From Camelus ferus (taxonomy: Eukaryota), in the NCBI RefSeq assembly GCF_009834535.1, contig NC_045697.1, forward strand, positions 23,872,001 to 23,936,000: a DNA stretch of 64,000 nt, in the 5' to 3' direction. The notes under the pieces are model-generated. The model worked only from the letters and a program-made list of their open reading frames with translations. It had not been told where the DNA came from and ran no database searches. Numbering within the stretch: position 1 is the first letter of the stretch; each line of letters starts with the position of its first letter. Below, piece after piece: positions 50,695-63,049 of this stretch. The translations under genes and the position numbers were made by a program.

Positions 50695-53600
50695 TTAGAT
50701 TCCACATATGAGCGATCTCATATGGTAGTTTTCTTTCTCTTTCTGGCTTACTTCACTTAGAATGACATTCTTCAGGAGCATCCATGTTCCTGCAAATGGT
50801 GTTATGTTGTCGGTTTTTATGGCTGAGTAGTATTCCATTGTATAAATATACCACTACTTCTTTATCCAGTCATCCATTGATGGACATTTAGGCTGTCTCC
50901 ATGTCTTGGCTGTTGTAAATAGTGCTGCTGTGAACATTGGGGTGCAGGTGTCATTTTGGATTAGGGTTCCTTCTGTATATAAGCCCAGGAGCGGGATTCC
51001 TGGGTCATACAGTAAGTCTATTCCTAGTCTTTTGGGGAATCTCCATACTGTTTTCCACAGTGGCTGCACCAAACTGCATTCCCACCAGCAGTGTAGGAAG
51101 GTTCCCCTTTCTCCACAGCCTCTCCAGCATTTGTCATTTGTGGATTTTTGAATGATGGCCATTCTGACTGATGTGAAGTGATACCTCATTGTAGTTTTGA
51201 TTTGCATTTCTCTGATAATTAGTGATATTGAGCATATTTTCATGTGCCTAGTGATCATTTGTATGTCTTCCTTGGAGAATTGCTTGTTTAGGTCTTCTGC
51301 CCATTTTTGGATTGGGTTGTTTGGTTGTTTCTTATTAAGTCATAAGAGCTGCTTATATATCCTGGAGATCAAGCCTTTGTCGGTTTCATTTGCAAAGATT
51401 TTCTCCCATTCCATAGGTTGTCTTTTTATTTTACTTATGGTTTCCTTTGCTGTGCAGAAGCTTGTAAGTTTCATTAGGTCCCATTTGTTTATTCTTTCTT
51501 TTATTTCTATTGCTTGAGTAGACTGTTGTAGGAGAACATTTTTGAGATGTATGTCAGATAATGTTTTGCCTATATTTTCTTCTAGGAGGTTTATTGTACC
51601 TTGTCTTATGTTTAAGTCTTTGATCCATTTTGAGTTGATTTTTGTGTATGGTGTAAGGGAGTGTTCTAGCTTCATTGCTTTACAAGCTGCTGTCCAGTTT
51701 TCCCAACACCGTTTGCTGAAGAGACTGTCTTTATTCCATTGTATATTCTTGCCTCCTTTCTCAAAGATTAGTTGACCAAAAGTTTGTGGGTTCATTTCTG
51801 GGCTCTCTATTCTGTTCCATTGGTCTATATGTCTGTTTTTGTACCAATACCATGCTGTCTTGTTGCCTATGGCTCTGTAGTATTGTCTGAAGTCTGGGAA
51901 AGTTATTCCTCCAGCCTCTTTCTTTCTCTTCAGTAATGCTTTGGCAGTTCTAGGTCTTTGATGGTTCTATATGAATTTTATTATGATTTGTTCTAGTCTG
52001 TGAAATATGTCCTGGGTAATTGGATAGGGATTGCATTAAATCTGTAGATTGCCTTGGGCAGTGTGACCATTTTAACAATATTGATTCTTCCAATCCAAGA
52101 GCATGGGATATCTTTCCACTTTTTAAAGTCCTCTTTAATTTCCTTCATCAGTGTTTTATAGTTTTCTGTGTATAATTCTTTCACCTCCTTGGTTAGATTT
52201 ATTCCCAGATATTTTATTACTTCGCCTGCTATTTTGAAAGGGGTTGTTTCTTTACTTTCTTTTTCTGTTGATTCATCGTTAGTGTAAAGAAATGCCACTG
52301 ATTTTTGAACGTTAATCTTGTAACCTGCTACCTTGCTGAATTCTTCAATCAGCTCTAGTAGCTTTTGTGTGGACCTTTTAGGGTTTTCTATATATAGTAA
52401 CATGTCATCGGCATATAGTGACACTTTTACATCTTCTTTTCCAATTTGGATCCCTTTTATTTCTCTCTCTTGCCTGATTGCTGTGGCTAGGACTTCCAGA
52501 ACTATGCTGAATAGGAGTGGTGATAGTGGGCATCCTTGTCTTGTCCCAGATTTTAGTGGGAAGCTTTTGAGTTTTTCACTGTTGAGTACTATGCTGGCTG
52601 TAGGTTTGTCATATATAGCTTTTATGATGTTGAGATATGTTCCCTCTATACCCACTTTGGTGAGAGTTTGTATCAAAAATGGGTGTTGAATTTTATCAAA
52701 TTCTTTTTCTGCATCTGTTGAGATGATCATGTGGTTTTTGTCCTTTCTCTTGTTGATGTGATGTATTACACTGATTGATTTGCGTATGTTGACCCACCCT
52801 TGTGTCCCTGGGATAAACCCCACTTTGTCATGATGTATAATGTTTTTTATGTGTTGTTGGATTCTGTTTGCTAAAATTTTGGTGAGGATTTTGGCGTCTA
52901 TGTTCATCAGTGACATAGGCCTATAATTCTATTTTTTGATAGTATCTTTGCCTGGTTTTGGTATCAGGGTGATGGTGGCTTCATAGAATGAGTTTGGGAG
53001 TATTCCCTCTTTTTCAATATTCTGGAAGAGTTTAAGAAGGACTGGTATGAGTTCCTTGTATGTTTGGTAGAATTCCCCAGTGAAGCCGTCCAGTCCTGGA
53101 CGTTTATTTGTACGGAGGTTTTTTGTTGCTATTTCGATTTCATTTCTAGTGATCGGTTTGTTCAAGTGGTCAGTTTCTCTTGATTCAGTCTTGGTGGACT
53201 GTATGTTTCCAGAAACTTGTCCATCTCCTCTATGTTATCCAGTTTGGTTCCATATAGTTTTTCATAATATTCTCGTATGCTATACTGTATTTCTATTTTG
53301 TTTGTTGTAATTTCTCCATTTTCCTTTCTTATTTTGCTGATTTGTGCTCTCTCTTTTTTCTTTGTGAGTTTGGCCAGAGGTTTGTCTATTTTATTTACTT
53401 TTTCAAAAAACCAGCTTTTGGTTTGATTGATTTTTTCTATGGTTTTTTTAATCTCTATTTTATTTATTTCCTCCCTGATCTTTATAATTTCTTTCCTTCT
53501 GCTGCCTTTTGGGGCTTTTTGTTCTTCTTTTTCTAGTTCTTTTAGTTGGTGGGTTAAATTGTTTATTTGAGATTGTTCTTCTTTTTTGAGGAAGGTCTGT

Positions 53601-54494
53601 ATCGCTATAAACTTCCCTCTTAGCACTGCCTTTGCTGTGTCCTGTAAATTTTGTGTGGTTGTGCTTTCATTTTCATTTGTCTCAAGGTATTTTTTAATTT
53701 TGGCTTTGATTTCCTCATTGACCCATTGTTTTTTTAATAGCATATTGTTTAATCTCCATGCTTTCCTTTCTTTCTCCTTTGTTTCTCTGTTGTTGATTTC
53801 TAGTTTCATGGCATTGTGGTCAGTAAAGATGCTTGAGATAATTTCTATCTTCTTAAAATCGTTGAGGTTTCTTTTCTACATGATCAATCCTAGAAAATGT
53901 TCCATGTGCACTTGAAAAGAATGTATATCCTATTTTGTGGGGATGTAATGCTCTGAAGATATCCACCAAATCTAATTTTTCTATAGTATTATTTAATTTC
54001 TCTGTTGCCTTGTTTATTTTCTGTCTGGAAGATCTGTCTAGTGATGTTAAAGCAGTGTTAAAATCTCCAACTATAGTTGTATTCCCATCAATATCCCCCT
54101 TTATCTCTGTTAGTAATTATTTTATGTACTTAGGTGCTCCTATATTGGGTGCATATATATTAACAAGTGTAATATCCTCATCTTGTATCACTCCTTTAAT
54201 CATTATAAAATGTCCTTCTTTATCTTTCTTTATGGCCTTTGTTTTAAAGTCTATTTTCTCTGAAATCAGTACTGCAGCACCTGCTTTTTTGGCTTTTCCA
54301 TTTGCATGGAATATCCTTTTCCATCCTTTCACTCTCAAGCTATATATGTCCTTCTTGCTAAAGTGGGTCTCTTGTATGCAGCATATTGAAGGTTATTGCT
54401 TTATTATCCAGTCTGCCACTCTATGTCTTTTGACTGGAGTATTTAGTCCATTAACATTTACAGTAATTAATGATAGATGTGTGTTTATTACCAT
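50695..54494 (-). pseudogene. L1 ORF2p (endonuclease / reverse transcriptase / C-terminal CCHC), disrupted
   Basis: Starts MVINTHLSLITVNVNGLN with an in-frame TAA at codon 34 (54393-54395), followed by CCIQETH and NIYAPN. RT motifs [23 protein letters not shown] and YADD (52404-52415). [18 protein letters not shown] near the C-terminus; ends ...YHMRSLICGI*. Split across several ORF-track fragments by stops and frameshifts. Confidence 0.95.
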
Positions 54495-54872
54495 TTTGAA
54501 CTTATTTTTGCAGTTGATTTGGTATTTCCTCTTTGTTCCTTTCTTCTTCCTTTTGTGGTTTGGTAACTTTCCTTTGTATTATCATGGATTTTATTTAGTT
54601 TTTGTGACTCCCTTGTAAGTTTTTGTCTTGTGGTTACCCTTTTCTCTAAGTCTGTTAGCCCATTACTATATCTCAAACCCATCCTACCGAAAACAAAAAA
54701 TTGAAAAAAAAAAAGAAAAAAATACTCTTTATTTTTTTTGCTTCCCTCTCCCAGTCTTAATGATTTAGATGTCTTCTTTTACAATTTCGTGTTTATTTTA
54801 TTTATAATTCATGAGTTACCACCTTTCCAGTTATGAGTTTCTAATTTCTGTAGCATCCTACTGCTTTTCTAT

Positions 54873-55774
54873 TTAGAGTAGACCTTTCAATATTTCTTTT
54901 AGCATGGGTTTAGTGTTGCTAAACTCTTTTAGTTTTTGCTTGTCTGTGAAATTCTTTATCTCTCCTTCTATCCTAAAGGATAGCCTTGCTGGATAAAGTA
55001 TCCTAGGCTGCATCTTTTTTTCATTCAGGACTTTGAATATATCTTGCCACTCCCTTTTGGTCTGTAGTGTTTGTGTAGAGAAATCAGCTGAGAGCCTTAT
55101 GGAGGTTCCCTTGTAACTCACTCTTTGATTTTCTCTTGCTGCCTTTAGGATCATTGCTTTATCCTTGACTGTGGCCATCTTGATTATGATATGTCTTGGT
55201 GTAGGTCTGTTTGGGTTTTTCCTGTTTGGGACCCTTTGAACTTCCTATACTAGGATATCTGATTCCTTCTTTAAGTTTGGGAAGTTTTCAGTCATGATTT
55301 CTTCAAATACTTTTTCAGTCCCTTTGTTCTTTCTTCCCCTTCTGGGACCACTATTATGTGAAGATTGGCATGCTTTATATTATCCCATAGGTCCCTTATG
55401 TTGCTTTCATTTGTTTTTATTTGTTTATCTTGCAGGTGTTCTGATTGGGTGCTTTCTGTTGTCCTGTCTTCTAGGTCATGAATTCGTTTCTCTGCATTAT
55501 CTACTCTGTTTTGCACAGCCTTTAGATCCTTTCTCATCTCAGCCAATGAGTTTACCATTTCTACTTGGCTCTTCTTTATAGCTTCGATTTCATTTTTGAC
55601 ATATTTTATATCTCTAAACACTATCTCTTTTAGTTCCTTCAGTACTTTGATCACTCCTTTTTTGAAATCTTGATCTAGTAGGCTATCGATGTCTATTTCA
55701 TTGATCGTTCTTTCAGGGGATTTCTCTAGTTCTTTTAATTGGGAATGGTTTCTCTGCTTCTTCATCTTGCTCAT
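54873..55774 (-). pseudogene. L1 ORF1p (coiled coil, RRM, CTD), frameshifted
   Basis: ORF 55292..55774 (MSKMKKQRNHSQLKE...coiled coil...RDLWDNIKHANLHIIVVPEGEE) plus ORF 54873..55178 (ILKAARE...IRLSADFS...REWQDIFKVL...PRILYPARLSF...LKEILKGLL). Confidence 0.95.
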
Positions 55775-55897
55775 ACCTCTCTGGCACTGTGGCTTATGGA
55801 GTATCAGTTATCTATTGTGGTCCTTAAGGAGTTTATTTATTTATGTATCTAATGCCTATGTAGAAGTCAAACTTAAAAAAAAAAAAGGAGAGAGAAA

Positions 55898-56625
55898 GAG
55901 AATTTTAAAAGAAGGGAGAAAAAAAGGTTTGAACAGTGTATAATCAGTTATGGAAGCGCAGTTTGAATCAAGACTAGCATTCGAGTTGAGACGTCTTTTT
56001 TTAATAACCCTTAATAAGAAAAAAGGGAACACAGATCAAAAAACGATATTTGAAACCTATTTGTAATCAATAACAGGAGATCAAACCCAAAAGAAATGAA
56101 AATGAAATAAGGTGTTTTTTTAAAAAAAATAATAATATAACTACTTTAAAAGATAAATTTAAAAGAAATTAAAACTAGAAGGATATATAATTGTTTAGAG
56201 AGAAAAATTTAAAAAGGAATTAAACTTAGAAGCATATACAATTGTTTAGAAAGTAGAAATTAAAAAGGTAATAAAAATAGGACAGATAAAAAAAGATATG
56301 ATAAAGAGAGAATTTTGAAAAAGGGGAGAAAAAAAGGTTTGAAAACAGTGTATAATGAATAATTGAAGAGCAGGTTGAAGCAAAATAGCAAACGGGTTGA
56401 GACGTCTCTTAAAAATCTTTAAAAAGGAGAAAAGAGGAAAAAATATATTTGAAACCTGTGTATAATCAGTAACAGGAGATCAAAACCATGAGAGATAGAA
56501 ATGACATCACATGGATTTTTTAAAATAATAATATTATTTAAAAAGAAAATTTTAAAGGAATTAAAACTGGGAGGATATATAATTGTTTAAAAAGTAAAAA
56601 TTAAAAAGGTAATAGAAAATACAAC
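55898..56625. repeat. Diverged tandem duplication (period ~410 bp) of an AT-rich block in the L1 5' UTR
   Basis: Shared landmarks gagaatttt...gggagaaaaaaaggtttga...acagtgtataat...gttgagacgtct...taacaggagatcaaa...attaaaaaggtaata, starting at 55898 and 56308. Confidence 0.85.
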
Positions 56626-56659
56626 AGAGAAGAACAGATTAAAAAAAAAAAAAAAAAAG

Positions 56660-57799
56660 GGAGAGGTTGTTCACCTGGAGACTGTGGGCTCTTAATGAGA
56701 AGTCTTTCTGTTTTCGCCCTGTTTCGTGAACTCAGCTTGCTGTTTACAGAGGCCCTCTGTTGGTGCCCTCCTCTGTGCTGCTCCCAGTGCTTGTTGGCAA
56801 GCAGATCGCGCCCCCTCCCAGCACAGCTTTCCTGCCAGAAAGGTGGAGGGGGGGGCCACCCGCCATCTCCTGCTGCAGGTCGCTCCACAGCTCCATGCCG
56901 CCACACGCTCCACCTCGGGTCAGTGCTCCACAGGCAGGCACCTGGGAAGACCGCGGAACAGCCCCACCCCTTCTCCGTGTCCAAACTCAGCTCCTTGTTT
57001 GTACTGGTGATGTGAACTTTGCAAGGCATCAGGGCGGAAGGATCCTATCTGACTGGGCTGCAAACAAGTCACTGTCTGGCCTTTCAGGCTGCTGAGCCCC
57101 CAGGTGCGGATTCAGGTTTCGCCCCCGCCCAACCTGGGTGCCAAGCCCTGGAGGATATGGCAGCCGCACCTGAGCCCTGCCTCTCCTCTCCGAAAACCTT
57201 CCGTGGGTTTTCAGAGATGGGTGTATGCACCCTTCCCCACCAAGGCACATCAGCCATGCTGTTTTATGGAGGGCCCAGGTTGTTCTGCCCTGTGCACCCA
57301 CTCATCCATGTTGTGTAGCACCCTCCAGTCCCCCGGGGCTGTCTTAGTGCAGCCATCCTCGTTCTCCGCCCAGCTCGGGCAGCCCGTCCTGGACCCCAGC
57401 TCCTGGCTTGAGTCTCCAGTTGGGTGTCTCAGGGACCCTCTGTGCCTGTTTAACTTAGTTCTGTCAGTCAAGGGCTGCTCCATACAAACCTGAGCCTCCT
57501 TCTCCGTCCCTCTGGCCTCTCCATTGGAGAGGGGGAGGACCAGCGAACGAGCGCCAGTCCTCCTTTGCCGCTCCCTCCCCACGGGACCAGTCCCGCACTG
57601 TTTTGCCTTTTCATCCTTCTTTTTTTCCCTTCTCCTACCAGATTTTTGGCATCTTTGTCTTTTGAAGGGGACGATGTTCTGTCGGAGTTCTGCAGGTGCT
57701 CTGGTTGGCTGAGTGGGTCCGTGGATGTGACTCTTGGTGTATCTGTGGGAGAGGGTGAGCTACAAGCATCCTACTACTCCACCATCTTGGCCTCGTCTC
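56660..57799 (-). promoter_or_regulatory. L1 internal promoter region (GC-rich 5' UTR) with a YY1-like CAAGATGG motif at the 5' end
   Basis: The only strongly GC/CpG-rich segment in the window; ccatcttgg at 57782-57790 on +. Confidence 0.75.
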
Positions 57800-57815
57800 T
57801 CTCATCTTCCATTTT
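57800..57815. repeat. L1 target-site duplication, 5'-side copy
   Basis: Identical to 50373-50388; implies a TTTT/CA nick site on the + strand. Confidence 0.92.
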
Positions 57816-60800
57816 CAGCTCTTTCATTCCATGGGCTTAATGATTTATTAAATGGACACACAGAATAGCCCTTCTTATACATGAAGATATAAATAGTATC
57901 CTTCTTTAGGCTTTCCAATTTAATTTTCCCTTTAAAAATTTGATCTTTTTTGATTATCTTCTACATTTTTTAATTGAAAAGTCTAGTTGTTGACACTACT
58001 TCATATAATTATATATGTTATAATGATTTACAATACACAGTTTAAATTCTGAAATTTGCAAACTATGACCTATATCATGTGCAAAGTGGATCAGTGATCA
58101 ATAATCCCATTGGGGATTTTTATTCCTATTTGTACCGATGCCAAAATTGATATCCAGATTTACCAAGGTGCTTATCAAATTACAGCACCAAAAGCTGCAA
58201 TCCATGTCTTTTGATCAAGTAGATTTCTTCTTGTTCTAACAAGATTTTAAGGCTCCTACAGAACAGAATTTATCGATATTTTACCTTACATTGTCCCATT
58301 CCAGTGGGCAATTAAATTTAAAAATTGAAATATGAGTCATTATGTTAATAAGTGGAGAAGCCTTACAAAAGTTATACTTTTGTGATTTTTCATGATAACT
58401 CAGCAATTTGATGCTTAAAATGTCCCCCAAAGACAATGAGTTTTTCCAATTAAAAAATAAATCCTAGAAAAGAAAGGTAGGATTAAAATAATATAGCATT
58501 AAAACAAAACAGAACAATGCAGCATAAAAAAGTTGTTAGGTCTAATTAATATGTAATAGTTTCAAAAATGATTGCCTATTAAGCAACCCAGACAGGACTT
58601 TCATAAGAAATTAAAATAAATATAATAAATTTATTTAGAGTAGTACAAAAATCTTAGTTTTAATACCTTGAAAACATTAAATCAATATTCAGAGAATAAT
58701 GCATTCTTTGTATTTAATGGCTACTATGCACTATAGATACATAAGGACACATGCAATATGTTAATCTGAAAGAGCTCTTAGGAGTAAATAAACATGGAGG
58801 AAAATGCAAATATTTCACTGTTTATATTGAGCAATTTCCAATGACTTCTTATAGCTAACCTCATTATCTAAGGTGCCTCATATCTTAATCCCCAAATTGT
58901 GCTTTTTGCATTTTATGCCACCCAAACTTTTGGATGTTCATATTTTCCTGGGATCTTATTGATAACGATCATTAGAACTAGAATGTTTAAATATGTTCAA
59001 TCTGTATACTAATAGGTAATTGACATTTAACCACACCCTAATTAACTGCAAGACATCGTTGACCAAACATTAGAATAGACTAGATTGTAATTTAACCTAA
59101 AAGACACTCAAAACTATGATGTCGAGAGATAGCAGAATTCTGTGGTGTTTCCTGGGACTTACAAAAAATTTAAAAATTACTGCTTTATTATAGCAACGAA
59201 GTTCTTAACTCAAATAATGAATTTACCAGCATATCCCACTTTTCAAAAACTTGTATGCCTGCATTATGCCATATAAAGCAAGTTAATGGACTATGTTTCT
59301 CTTGTGAATTTTCATATGAAAGTTACCTTATTTTAATATCTGTAATTATTTAATATTACCATCAAAAAGAAAATTACTTAGATTTGAGGCCTCTTTTCTT
59401 ACTCAAATTATTTTCCAGGATCCCACGACAGCAAGGTGATTGACTTTCCAGGTAGGCACACAGTAGGTCTGGCTGGTGTTGATGGACACTTATAAGCATC
59501 TGCCTAAGACCCAAGAATGGTAATAATTTACCGCTAGACTCCCAAAAGTAATTTCTGAGATTCATATCAAGTACATGATTATTATAAAGTAATTTCTCCA
59601 GCACTTTACGTTTTTAAATAATCTAGATAAATTCAGTCCACTAAAATTCCACTTGAGCCTATTTAATTTCCTGTGATTTGGTTACATTAGCAAAAGGATT
59701 TTGTTTGGGTTTGGGGGTTATGCTTGAATAAGGCTCAAGTTAATCATTTAGGTACTTAAATGTTCTTAACTCAAGGATTTCCCCTGACAGTCATTTCAAG
59801 AATAGCTTTATACTATTATTCAATTCATCTATTACACAAGAAATAAATGCAGAAAAATTCCATTCTGCTCAGATTTTTCTGTCTTGTCACCAAAATGCAT
59901 TCCTTGGGGCCATTTTCATTTACAAAAGGCCTATATAGTGCATCAATTGAAGCATCTATAGTTCTAAGCTAAAGGTCAAAGGGTGTTAATCACAGCTCCA
60001 CAATTGTTCTCAACTGTCATTAAGAAACACCATATTAAACGATGGAAAGCCCCGGTTAATCAGGCTTTGCTAAAATTACTCAGGTATGTCATCAGAATGA
60101 GAGAGCAGGGAAGCTAGATAGATGCCTGAGGGAGAATGTGCTCTGATGTTATCTGTCTTTCTGACTCTGAAGCCTAGGTAGCACTGATGGATCTTTGAAA
60201 AGAGAAAGTTCAGACTTACTATTAAATTTTATTTTTAAACATTTGAGTTTGGTGGTTTCAGTTATTGAAAATAAATGAAAACAACCTGTTCCAAGAGGAC
60301 TTCAGGAAGGATGTTCCACTTCTTCAAATACAGTTTTAAACTTCCTATCCAATATTTGAAATGTCTAATGCCATTCAGATTTGTGTTGATCACACTTTCT
60401 GGTATTAATCTTTTAAAAATCTATTTGTGAGATATAGCAGAGTGCGTATATTATAAAGCAGGCTTTGCATTATATATGTAGTAATGTAACATGAACCACT
60501 TAACCCCTGTCCCGTTAACATAGTCATGTTCTAGCCACTTGGATTATTATGAAACAAAAAGAAGAAAGCTTAAAAATTTCAAGTACCTTATATCTGACAT
60601 AAGTATATGTACATACACACATATATACACATTTCACATTTGTCAAACGGAGATTTTTGTTAAGGAAAATTTTACATGTGTGTGCACATGAGTATGTGTG
60701 TACATATGAATATGAACGTATGTACAGATTAATAATCATTCAAGTTAAAAACATCTCTTCATTGTTATACTACAAAAGTGACTAAACTCTAGGAGGTTGT

Positions 60801-60899
60801 AAACATGTATTAAAATACAGCTCTCTTTTAAGTTGATTACATGTAGTATAAAAGCAGGCAGAATATGATGCATTATTTTGGTGCTATAAAATTTTGTGG

Positions 60900-61540
60900 A
60901 GCTGCAGAGAAATGTGTAGTTAATTTTTGCTGGGGTCATAAACTTTTAGGTAATTCTTGGAGGAGACAGTATTTGAGTGAAGTCTTAAAAAACAAGTAAA
61001 AAAATCCTACTGATGTCATTTGGCAGCAACATATCTTCCTTCATTAAAAGAAAAGCATGAGTATGGGAAGATATTTGATAGTAGGTATATGTAGTTAGAT
61101 GTATGTGGGCATCCTTGCAAACCAACAGGACAGTGATGATTCTCACTATATAGGAAATAAGGAAAGTAAAATCAAGAGTAAGGCATAATGGAGCTGATAT
61201 TTCACTAACAACAAGAGAACAGTAATTCATTCAGTAATTCAAGCATAAGTTTTTCGTCATGGAAGTTATTAGGAGATATTGAAATACTTTATGCTGGGGA
61301 GTGGCATGATCCCATTTTAGTCCTAAAATAATCACTGAGGCTGCAGTTTTATAGCGTGTATGGGACGGAGATGAAAGTGAAGACTGGAAGATCCACTTGG
61401 ATATTGTTGCTGCGTTCAGTTGAAAAATAAAGGTAACTTGATCTAAGGTCGTGGCAATGGGAACTGACAATATGGACTGTTGAGAAGAAGGAAATTAGGA
61501 AGATAAGACTCGGAAATTGATTACATGTGTGATCACAAAT
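60900..61540 (-). mobile_element. L2 fragment
   Basis: ttcttggaggagacagtatttgagtgaagtcttaa...ggggagtggcatgatc...ttttag...aatcactgaggctgcagt...gcaatggg, reverse L2 body motifs. Confidence 0.65.
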
Positions 61541-62634
61541 AATGGAAAGACATCATTCCAAATTATCATGCTTTATTATTTGTTACTATTTCTTGTGTGA
61601 AGCACTCTTCCTCTCCCCTTTCCTCCACCCCTTCACTAATCTTACATTCCTAAAGTAGAAATCTCATAAACTCAGAATTAAAGAAGAACAAAAGGAAGAC
61701 AGTAAAATTGAATTCTTGATACTTTGATCATGGAAATAGATTTTTAAAATTCTGTTCCTATCCTGTTAAAACCATGGGCCCACAGTGACATTAATGAGAG
61801 TTCTGTACATGAAAGTGGAAAGTAAGATTGTTAATTACTTTAATTCCAAAGATCTTTTTTTTTCAAATTTAGATGAATATCCACGTCAGAAATTACATTA
61901 CGGATTTGCCTTAGGTTATAATGTGATATTAATTCAACATCAATATATTCATCAACCTGTCCTTACCAGTTAACAGTAAAAAAGCCACTCAACATTTGAA
62001 ACTAATACTTTTTTTGAAATCCCATGGAAATTGCCTGTGAAATTCATAGGAAAATACTCTTTGTCACAAAGTTGAATGTGCAAGGATAAGTTTTGATATG
62101 GTGTCAATGTATCAAAATAACACATTTCATGCTGCGTGATAAAATTTTCACCACCGTCAACCTCAAGAAAAATAATACTTTAACAGGTTTACAAGAAGGC
62201 AAAACATGCTTCATTATCGCCTTGAATATTTCATGAGATCAAAGGAAGGATGTTTTTTTCCTAGAGAAAAATCTGTTTCGTTACTGAGAAAAACTTGTTT
62301 GGGTATAAAAAGGTCAACATTTCTGAGATAGATGTTACATTTTTTTACTTAAAATAAGTAAGAATTTCCAAATTTTTCTAGCATTAAACCCCTACATTCC
62401 TATAGTTCCAATAAAATTATGTTTGTATTCATTTTGAATTTATATTTTGAATGAAAAATGCACATTTTTAAAAATAGTAAAGAAAAAAACTAATGTTATG
62501 ATAAAAATTAATTTTAGTGTCTTGGGCGACATAATGTATACAAAGCCATTAGAGTATGCTCTATCTCCATCGGCATCTAAGAGCTCCTTCTCACTAACTG
62601 GTCTTAGACAAATGATTTCACTTTTCTAGGCTGT

Positions 62635-63035
62635 TGTATTAATATACTGGAGTACCATAACTAAATATCACAGACTGGGTGGCTTAAACACCAAAAATTT
62701 ATTTTCCCATAATTCTGGAGGTTGAATGTCCAAGATAAAGGTGCTGGCAGGGTTCGTTTTCTTGAAACCTCTCTCCTTGGCTTGCAGATGGCCACCTTCT
62801 CTTTGTGTCCTCACATAGTCTTTCCTCTGTATGCACACCTCTGGTGTTTCTCCCTGTATTCTAATTTCTTCTTACAAGAATACCAGTGAAATTAGATTAG
62901 GGCCCACCATCATGGCCTCACTTTATCTTAATTACCTCTTTAAGGGTCTCTCTCCAACTATAGTCATATTCTGAGGTACTGAGGGTTAGGACATCAACAT
63001 GAGTTTTGAGGGGAGCACAGTTCTGTTCATAATAG
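62635..63035 (-). mobile_element. MaLR solo LTR (MLT1A/B-like)
   Basis: cacagactgggtggcttaaac...aattctggagg...tccaagat...ctctctccttggcttgcagatggcc...gattagggcccacc...ttctgaggtactgagggttaggac. Confidence 0.9.
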
Positions 63036-63049
63036 CCCCAGTTTTTTTC

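Larger units (their letters stand above)
50389..57799 (-). mobile_element. Full-length LINE-1 (~7.4 kb), inactivated
   Basis: GC/CpG-rich 5' UTR starting GAGACGAGGCCAAGATGG, ORF1, spacer, ORF2 (EN, RT, CCHC), 3' UTR with a G-rich patch, AATAAA (50402-50407, minus strand), short A-tail and a 16-bp TSD. Confidence 0.97.

Noticed and set aside
50906..54618. Plus-strand ORFs up to 227 aa overlapping L1 ORF2
   Set aside because: They are antisense shadow frames of L1 coding sequence.
56660..57799. CpG-island promoter of a host gene
   Set aside because: It is fully contained within the TSD-bounded L1 and is the element's own 5' UTR.
56601..57840. Many overlapping ORFs in the L1 5' UTR, including a possible ORF0 analogue
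   Set aside because: Stop-poor GC-rich sequence yields ORFs in all frames. ORF0 is described for primate L1, and nothing here singles out one frame.
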